Below are positions 1-6,255 of a DNA stretch of 29,082 nucleotides, piece after piece. Below the pieces are notes generated by a model. It did not search any database, had not been told where the DNA came from, and saw nothing but the letters and a program-made list of their open reading frames with translations. How positions within the stretch are numbered: position 1 is the stretch's first letter; each line of letters starts with the position of its first letter. Source of the DNA: a virus (Duplodnaviria; Caudoviricetes); IMG/VR virus record IMGVR_UViG_3300030207_002206, positions 1 to 29,082 of that record; one strand, 5' to 3'. The position numbers were made by a program, and so were the translations under genes.

Positions 1-1221
1 GTCGCCCTCTATTAGTAAACCATGATCGGATTTTAATTTTTGTAAATCGACGCTCGTTTCTCGCTGCACGCTTTTACCACTAGAATAACCTCTGGCTACA
101 TGACCTTTTTTAGCCACTAGATACCCGTAAACTTTTTCTGCTTCTTCTGCGGAGACAACAGCACCTTGATTTAATCTTGTCCATATTTGATACACCTCTA
201 GTATATCATTAGGTAAATATTTATTTGTTTTACCAGTAAATCTAATACCCAATGAATAAAAATGTTCTGATATATTATTAAGTAATTTATTTGTTCTAGC
301 CAATATCATCCAATGCCCTTGTGAAAAATCAAGTTCATCTAAAATCATATTTTGATGAACCTCACCCTCAGCATCTCTAGGCACCCAATTTTTTTTAATT
401 CTTATACTAAGTCTATCTAATATTTTTACAGCTTCTCTATGCACAGCTTGAGGAACCCTTCTTGATATTTCTTGATCATCTCTATCACCCTCCTGCAACA
501 TGAAACAATTTGGATCTGCACCTTGAAACCCATATATAGTTTGATCATCATCACCTGCTATGTACCCTCGTTCACAATTAGATTTTATATAATCAAAACA
601 TTTCCATTGATGTGGACTTAAGTCTTGGGCTTCATCGAGGAAGATGACATCGAGTGGAGGACATCGTTCTTCCTCGACAAACTGGTTAATCATATCATAG
701 AACTCAATCATACTTGATCCTTCTTTGAATGATTTTAAATCTGTCTCTAGTTGTATTGTAGTATCTACATCTATGTCATGATGCTTTCGTAATTCAACAG
801 CGGCACTTTCTATGGGTATTAATTTAGATCTAGCGTATTGTATTATTTGTAAATGAGTGTTTTGATATTTAGGGTTTCCAGCAGAATCAACCGTTGTTTC
901 AAAAGATATGTTAAACCACTCTGGATATTCTTGCTTAAAACGATTCCATTTTTTACCTTTAAGTAATCTAATATTAGTATCAATACCACACTCTGATTTA
1001 CCCATGGCGTGCATGGTTGATATATATTTTAGCTTTTTATCTGGAAACAACTCTGTGATTCTTTCTTCTGCTTCTTCAGCTGCAGCTTTACTAAACGTAA
1101 TGTAAACTATTTTTTCTGGATTAGTGTTATATTCATTTAATTCTTTTTTTAAATAATAGTTTATCAACCTATATGTTTTACCAGTTCCTGGTGGTCCCAT
1201 TATTTTTTTAATTATAGCCAT
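1..1221 (-). CDS. UvrD/Rep-like superfamily 1 DNA helicase (partial, runs off the left edge; not in the ORF track)
   Basis: Manual translation from ATG at 1221 gives MAIIKKIMGPPGTGKT (Walker A), YITFSKAAAEE (motif Ia), STMHA, FLDEAQDLS (Walker B) and AGDDDQTIYGFQGAD (motif III). The frame appears open to base 1 and the start overlaps the primase stop. Confidence 0.92.
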   Translation of the reverse strand, partial: MAIIKKIMGPPGTGKTYRLINYYLKKELNEYNTNPEKIVYITFSKAAAEEAEERITELFPDKKLKYISTMHAMGKSECGIDTNIRLLKGKKWNRFKQEYPEWFNISFETTVDSAGNPKYQNTHLQIIQYARSKLIPIESAAVELRKHHDIDVDTTIQLETDLKSFKEGSSMIEFYDMINQFVEEERCPPLDVIFLDEAQDLSPHQWKCFDYIKSNCERGYIAGDDDQTIYGFQGADPNCFMLQEGDRDDQEISRRVPQAVHREAVKILDRLSIRIKKNWVPRDAEGEVHQNMILDELDFSQGHWMILARTNKLLNNISEHFYSLGIRFTGKTNKYLPNDILEVYQIWTRLNQGAVVSAEEAEKVYGYLVAKKGHVARGYSSGKSVQRETSVDLQKLKSDHGLLIEGD

Positions 1222-2756
1222 GGTGATTTCTCCGTTTTAGTAACTCTTGGATTTGGACGTTCTAATTTTATCGTAGGCATTTTCAGTAATCTCACAGACT
1301 TTGTGCCTACTTTAGGGGTATCTTCTTTTGCTTCAAATAAAGATTGCAGTAGCCTCATTGTTTTTTGTTTAGGATAAGTTCTTTCTGCCCAAGCTTTTGT
1401 TTTTAATAAAAACTTCCAAAAATCTTTAAATTTAAAATATGTAAAACCATCTGTATCTGTAAATGCAATACCTCTCATTACATCTTTTAATTCTTTTCCT
1501 GGTGTTTTGTTAATATAGTCTGCTAATATTTCTTTTAGTTGCACATCTAATTTAGAGGACTCTGGTGCAGGTATCGTTTCTAAATTTACAAATAATTTTA
1601 TTAATAATCTACGCCATACATGTTTTGCTACAGGCATCATTGGTTTACCTATTTGGTTCATACAAGCTAATGAAAATTTTTCAGGATCATGCAAAGTTGC
1701 ATCATCCACTTCCACACTTTCACCATCTATAGATGCGAAATATATTGGTGGGTCAGAGTCATACTTTCTAATCTCTGCAATCTCTGGTGCAGGTGCATTA
1801 TCTCCGACACCAAACTTTTGCAGTGAGCATTTTTTTGAATCACAAAAACTGTGTATTGGTTCGTCTTTACATTTGTAATTATAATCTTTGCTATCTAAAG
1901 AACCTATCAAAGTATTTATTTCTGTAGCGTCTAGTGGAGGTTTCATAAATTGTTTATTGTATGTAAACATATGACTTTGCCACTCTTCTTTATCAGGATA
2001 TCTTTTTTTTAAATAAACACCTACGTTGTACATACAGTTATTTCTTTGACCATCAGGAACACCATCACTTAAAAGTGTAATTAAACATGGAGGCATGCCT
2101 TTAAAATGTTCTTTTTCTTCTTCTTTATTTTCTATCTTAAGTTCATTTAACTCTTCTATTGTTAAAGATATTTTTTCGTGCAACTCAAAAAATTGTTGAA
2201 GTGTTAAAACATTGCCATCTAAACCATATGCATATCTAACTGTTCTTTCATTTGCGTGATAAGGTAGATTTAAAAAACTTCCTGTGTCTCCTCTATCTGT
2301 TCTTATGTAATCTTGTTTAGGAAATATTTCTACACCCGCAAAACCTAAAGCAGAAGCAATAAGTTTTAGTTTTACTCTCATAACTGTTGCGGGAACAAAA
2401 TCTTTTGTAAATAAAAAAGCGTGTGCTCCACCTGATTTAGATCTACAAACAATTATAGGAATATTTTTTTGTTTTAATTTTTGTATAAATTTTTTATGAT
2501 CAAAAGGGTATGTATCTATATCTATACATCCCCACTTACATTTATTTTCTTTGTTAATAGGAACAATACCTAAAGCAGGATCCTTACCCTCTAAGTGTTC
2601 TCGCCATAATTTTTTTGTTACTGGGTTAGATATAGTAAAAGATTTAGTTTTATGTTTACCTTTTTCACTAAACTGATCTGTCTTTACAGTTTGACCATAG
2701 GCACTAGTTAAGCCTTCAAATATTTTTATAAATTTATCTAATTCTACCATTTCCAC
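1212..2756 (-). CDS. AEP-superfamily primase/primase-polymerase with a PriCT/PriL-like helical C-terminal domain
   Basis: WGCIDIDTY (DxD motif I), CRSKSGGAHAFLF (SxxGxH motif II), GSFLNLPY (motif III region), then MPPCL...GQRNNCMY. It lies in the replication cluster. The start may be GTG 2756 or ATG 2750. Confidence 0.8.
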   Translation of the reverse strand: MEMVELDKFIKIFEGLTSAYGQTVKTDQFSEKGKHKTKSFTISNPVTKKLWREHLEGKDPALGIVPINKENKCKWGCIDIDTYPFDHKKFIQKLKQKNIPIIVCRSKSGGAHAFLFTKDFVPATVMRVKLKLIASALGFAGVEIFPKQDYIRTDRGDTGSFLNLPYHANERTVRYAYGLDGNVLTLQQFFELHEKISLTIEELNELKIENKEEEKEHFKGMPPCLITLLSDGVPDGQRNNCMYNVGVYLKKRYPDKEEWQSHMFTYNKQFMKPPLDATEINTLIGSLDSKDYNYKCKDEPIHSFCDSKKCSLQKFGVGDNAPAPEIAEIRKYDSDPPIYFASIDGESVEVDDATLHDPEKFSLACMNQIGKPMMPVAKHVWRRLLIKLFVNLETIPAPESSKLDVQLKEILADYINKTPGKELKDVMRGIAFTDTDGFTYFKFKDFWKFLLKTKAWAERTYPKQKTMRLLQSLFEAKEDTPKVGTKSVRLLKMPTIKLERPNPRVTKTEKSPWL

Positions 2757-2765
2757 TCTTTGACA

Positions 2766-2795
2766 TAGGCGGCATTAGTCTCCCTTTGCCGCCTA
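2766..2795. promoter_or_regulatory. GC-rich stem-loop between the putative SSB gene and the primase
   Basis: TAGGCGGCA (2766-2774) and TGCCGCCTA (2787-2795) form a perfect 9-bp inverted repeat with a 12-nt loop. There is no U-tract downstream on the minus strand. Confidence 0.6.
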
Positions 2796-2804
2796 CTATT
2801 CACA

Positions 2805-3530
2805 CTATTGGCTAGCTAAACTAGTGTAAAATTTCTTAGCACGTTCGTATAAAGCAGGGTCTGTTATAGGCCCTTCTTTTACAACGTTGTAACCATACCA
2901 CTGATTACCTTTACCTGAATTTAACACTGTAGTTAGTTTGTAAGAGTGGCTAAATGATGGTGGTGTATAAGGACCATTTTTTCCATCAAGAGAAATGGAC
3001 ATCATCATTGAGTTCCATTTTCTACTTATTTTACCTTGAGATGAACTCATGGATATTAAAGCTTGTTCAGCTCCTCCATCATCTCCGATGACCAACACAT
3101 AATGTTGACCAACAGTTAAAATGTAGTTACCATTCTCTAACCTGTCTTTACCTCCGCCATCTTTGGTGGTTGAGGATAGAATATCTGAACCATCTGGAAA
3201 AATATTTTCTGGTCTACCAGAACCTGTTCCAAAGTCAGCCCATTCTTGATACTCTAATTTATAGTGGCAAGGAATAACTGATACTCCTTTTGCTCCATCA
3301 TACAATTTTTTAGTAACTGTATTTAAAAGCATACCAGGTTCTGCATCTTCAACATAATTTTGATTACGTCTCTGTGCCTCTCCTGAGCCATTTTGTAAAA
3401 GTTTTAAGATGGGTAAAGCCAAACTAGTTGTCTTTACGTTCTCAAAACCTGCTGCAGTATCGTCCTCAAACAAAATTGTAGAGGGCAACTCTGCCTCTTT
3501 TTTTATAGCCACTTGTTTCTCGTCGCTCAT
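2805..3530 (-). CDS. Putative phage single-stranded DNA-binding/recombination protein
   Basis: 241 aa, beta-rich with an aromatic C-terminal region (GNQWYGYNV). It sits directly upstream of the primase. The function is inferred from size, composition and synteny. Confidence 0.5.
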   Translation of the reverse strand: MSDEKQVAIKKEAELPSTILFEDDTAAGFENVKTTSLALPILKLLQNGSGEAQRRNQNYVEDAEPGMLLNTVTKKLYDGAKGVSVIPCHYKLEYQEWADFGTGSGRPENIFPDGSDILSSTTKDGGGKDRLENGNYILTVGQHYVLVIGDDGGAEQALISMSSSQGKISRKWNSMMMSISLDGKNGPYTPPSFSHSYKLTTVLNSGKGNQWYGYNVVKEGPITDPALYERAKKFYTSLASQ

Positions 3531-3532
3531 TT

Positions 3533-4084
3533 CTATCTCCTTGTTATTTTTGTACTGTTACCTGCGTAAGTTTTAAATAAGTCAGAGGGCATCTCACGTC
3601 CAGCTTCAAGACGCTCCCTGACCACTGCTTTAAGTGTCTGAGAATGAACCCCTATTTTCTGGACTGGTTCATATCCCTGACCTTTTGCAAGGTTTGCGTA
3701 TTCGCTCGCCTTGTTATCTTCGCCCCGACCAAAGGTAACGGTGACATCATTTTTAATAATGTCACCCAAGTCGTTGTTTCGAAGCCATTCAAAAGCTTTA
3801 TCCTGAACTTCAGGTAAAATAGCAGCACTGTAGAATTTTTTTATTTCTACAGATTCTCCATCTTTAAGCTTTAATTTTGTTATATGCATCTTCTCCATCA
3901 TCTCAGGTATTTCAAATTGAGACAATACTTTTGCTTGCTCTTTTAATTTAGATACACTTTTTTCTGCGTTTGCAATCTCGTCCTCTAAATTTTTTAATTC
4001 TATAACCTTGCTAGACAAACTTTCAGCAGCGTCTGCTTGAGTTACAGATTGTACTCTATCTTGTTCATAGTCTATTTGACTCAT
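3533..4084 (-). CDS. Hypothetical replication-module protein with an N-terminal coiled coil
   Basis: ORF track gives 3533-4102. The likely start is ATG 4084 (MSQIDYEQ), preceded by SD-like AGAGGTGA. Heptad-rich segment ELKNLEDEIANAEKSVSKLKEQAK. Confidence 0.7.
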   Translation of the reverse strand: MSQIDYEQDRVQSVTQADAAESLSSKVIELKNLEDEIANAEKSVSKLKEQAKVLSQFEIPEMMEKMHITKLKLKDGESVEIKKFYSAAILPEVQDKAFEWLRNNDLGDIIKNDVTVTFGRGEDNKASEYANLAKGQGYEPVQKIGVHSQTLKAVVRERLEAGREMPSDLFKTYAGNSTKITRR

Positions 4085-4451
4085 CGATTTCACCTCTTTC
4101 ATGTATGTTAAACTCAGTAGGGTAATACATTTTTTCTTGCCTGTCCCAAGTTAACGTTGTGTACTTTCCATTGTTAATATCACACGCAACAGCAATTGCC
4201 AAACCAATAACTTTTGGATCACCAGATAAAAGTAAAAAATCTTTATCAGAAAAATTTTTTAACAATCTTCTTAGTTGATAAGTTATAGGTCCAGGACTTC
4301 GAACAATCTGTGTATCCTCCCTAAGAAGAACTTTTATTTTACCATATTTTTGTGCACCAATAATATTATATTTAGGACGACCTATTTTTGTCCCTGGCAC
4401 TTCTTGTAGTAAATAAACAATTGGTTCGCTGTCTAGCGTATTTTCTTTCAT
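4065..4451 (-). CDS. Hypothetical alpha/beta protein, probably translated from a leaderless mRNA
   Basis: ORF track gives 4065-4487, but that TTG is the -35 box of a promoter. ATG 4451 (MKENTLDSEP) lies 7 nt after the -10 box TATATT. Confidence 0.7.
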   Translation of the reverse strand: MKENTLDSEPIVYLLQEVPGTKIGRPKYNIIGAQKYGKIKVLLREDTQIVRSPGPITYQLRRLLKNFSDKDFLLLSGDPKVIGLAIAVACDINNGKYTTLTWDRQEKMYYPTEFNIHERGEIDESNRL

Positions 4452-4453
4452 GC

Positions 4454-4487
4454 TTGACAATATAAGGTTGGGATGATAGTTTGTCAA
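4454..4487. promoter_or_regulatory. Overlapping divergent sigma70-type promoters
   Basis: Plus strand: TTGACA(4454-4459)-17 nt-TAGTTT(4477-4482) with an extended TGn. Minus strand: TTGACA(4487-4482)-17 nt-TATATT(4464-4459). Located exactly at the strand switch. Confidence 0.8.
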
Positions 4488-4488
4488 A

Positions 4489-4645
4489 TAGAAAGTTCAC
4501 GAGAAAGGCCTAGTAGGTAGAATTTCATCAACTTTACCCGGAACTTTCAACGGGATTAGGAAAGATTGATTATCACCCTAGGACGTATCTCTCTGAAGTT
4601 GTGGAGCATCCCTCTTCTAATACGTCCTTCAGTCCCTTTAGAAAG
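4489..4645 (+). ncRNA. Putative structured 5' leader RNA / small inserted element upstream of the SNF2 helicase
   Basis: About 43% GC by hand count (64/150 over 4491-4640) in an AT-rich context. Stems: GAAAGTTC/GAACTTTC (4491-4498/4541-4548), AGGACGTA/TACGTCCT (4580-4587/4621-4628), GGGATT/AGTCCC (4552-4557/4631-4636). Flanked by a TAGAAAG direct repeat. Confidence 0.5.
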
Positions 4646-4651
4646 AATTAT

Positions 4652-6082
4652 ATGAATTATAAATTTAAAACAAAACCATACGCGCATCAATTAACTGCGT
4701 TAGAAAAATCTTGGGAAAAACAGGTTTACGCGTATTTTATGGAAATGGGTACGGGTAAGTCAAAGGTATTAATAGACAATATATCAATGCTTTACGACAA
4801 AGGTAAGATAAATGCTGCTCTGATTATAGCTCCAAAAGGTGTTTATCAAAACTGGCATGACTCTGAAATACCTACACACTTGGTAGATCATATAGATAAA
4901 AAAATGGTGTTATGGCAGGCAACAATTACTAAAACACAAGAAAAAAAACTAGAGTCTTTATTTCAAGTAGGAGAGGAGTTACATATTTTAATAATGAACG
5001 TAGAAGCTTTTTCTACTAAAAAAGGAATGGCTTTTGCTAGTAAATTTTTAAACTGTCATAACACACTTATGGCAATAGATGAGTCTACAACTATAAAAAA
5101 CCCCGCAGCAAAAAGAACAAAAAATATTTTAGCCTTGTCAAAAAATTCTAAATATAGAAGAATACTTACAGGATCACCAGTTACAAAATCACCATTAGAT
5201 TTATACACACAATGTAAATTTCTAGACTCTTGGTTATTGGGACACTCTTCTTATTATACTTTTAGAACTAGATATGCTGTGATGCGAAACGCTAATTTTA
5301 ATGGTAGGACAGTTCAAATTGTTGTTGGATATAGAAACTTAAGTGAGTTGTCTACAAAACTAGAGCCTTTTTCTTATCGTGTATTAAAAGATGATTGTTT
5401 AGATTTACCTAAAAAAACTTTTATGAAACGTATAATTCAACTAAGTTCAGATCAATCAAAATTATACACACAAATGAAAGAAAAAGCTCTTGCAGTATTA
5501 AATGGTAAAATGGTTAGTACGACAACGGTAATGACTCAACTTATGAGACTACAACAAATAACATGTGGACACTTTACTGCTGACGATGGATCTACCCAAG
5601 AGATACCTAATAATCGTATAGATGAATTAATGAGTGTGTTAGATGAGATAGAAGGTAAAGTTGTTATATGGGGCCACTGGCAAAAAGATATGACACAGAT
5701 TATAAAAGCGATTACTAAAGAATATGGTGAAAAATCATTTGTGGATTATTATGGTCTAACTCCTAAAGAAGAGAGACAAGATAATATAAATAAATTTCAA
5801 AACAATCCTGAATGTAGATTTTTTATTGGCACCCCAGCAACAGGTGGTTATGGTATTACACTCACAGCAGCTAGCACCATGGTATATTTTTCTAATGGAT
5901 ATGACTTAGAAAAAAGAACACAATCACAAGCTAGGATAGATCGTATTGGTCAAATGTATCCCATGACGTACATTGATATAATATGTAAAGATACTGTTGA
6001 CGAAAGAATAGTAAAAGCGCTACGAGCAAAAATAAATATTGCAAGTCAAGTTATGGGAGAAGAATTAAAAGAATGGATCTAA
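4652..6082 (+). CDS. SNF2-family (SF2) helicase/ATPase
   Basis: PYAHQ, MEMGTGKS (Walker A), IIAPKGV, AIDESTTIKNP, LTGSP, LMRLQQI, GGYGITLTAA, RIDRIGQ. The likely start is ATG 4652 after GAAAG; the ORF track starts at GTG 4601. Confidence 0.92.
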   Translation: MNYKFKTKPYAHQLTALEKSWEKQVYAYFMEMGTGKSKVLIDNISMLYDKGKINAALIIAPKGVYQNWHDSEIPTHLVDHIDKKMVLWQATITKTQEKKLESLFQVGEELHILIMNVEAFSTKKGMAFASKFLNCHNTLMAIDESTTIKNPAAKRTKNILALSKNSKYRRILTGSPVTKSPLDLYTQCKFLDSWLLGHSSYYTFRTRYAVMRNANFNGRTVQIVVGYRNLSELSTKLEPFSYRVLKDDCLDLPKKTFMKRIIQLSSDQSKLYTQMKEKALAVLNGKMVSTTTVMTQLMRLQQITCGHFTADDGSTQEIPNNRIDELMSVLDEIEGKVVIWGHWQKDMTQIIKAITKEYGEKSFVDYYGLTPKEERQDNINKFQNNPECRFFIGTPATGGYGITLTAASTMVYFSNGYDLEKRTQSQARIDRIGQMYPMTYIDIICKDTVDERIVKALRAKINIASQVMGEELKEWI

Positions 6083-6255
6083 AGAATTTTATCTATTAAA
6101 CTAACTATTACAAAAGCAGCTGTACCAATCAGTAGTCTCTCTATTCTAACTATCTGTAATTTTAATTCTTTAATTTGTTCAAAAGTTTGTCTCTGCATTA
6201 TTCTGCAAAGTTTCTCATGATCCTCTATTTTTTGTAATGCTGATTTTTTAGCCAT
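6079..6255 (-). CDS. Small coiled-coil plus C-terminal transmembrane protein (holin/XhlA-like); not in the ORF track
   Basis: Manual translation: MAKKSALQKIEDHEKLCRIMQRQTFEQIKELKLQIVRIERLLIGTAAFVIVSLIDKIL (58 aa). The start overlaps the upstream gene end and the stop overlaps the SNF2 stop. Confidence 0.7.
   Translation of the reverse strand: MAKKSALQKIEDHEKLCRIMQRQTFEQIKELKLQIVRIERLLIGTAAFVIVSLIDKIL

Noticed and set aside
908-1105. 65-aa plus-strand ORF in the track
   Set aside because: It is antisense to the UvrD-like helicase, which has clear motifs; a shadow ORF.
2766-2795. Rho-independent terminator
   Set aside because: There is no U-tract on the coding strand, and it lies within an apparently continuous operon.
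4489-4645. tRNA or hammerhead ribozyme
   Set aside because: No cloverleaf or T-loop is visible. The closest core on the minus strand is CUGAAGG rather than CUGANGA, so it was kept only as an unassigned structured RNA.
4452-4651. ORF-track N-terminal extensions (TTG 4487 and GTG 4601)
   Set aside because: They fall in the promoter boxes and the structured leader; ATG 4451 and ATG 4652 are better supported.
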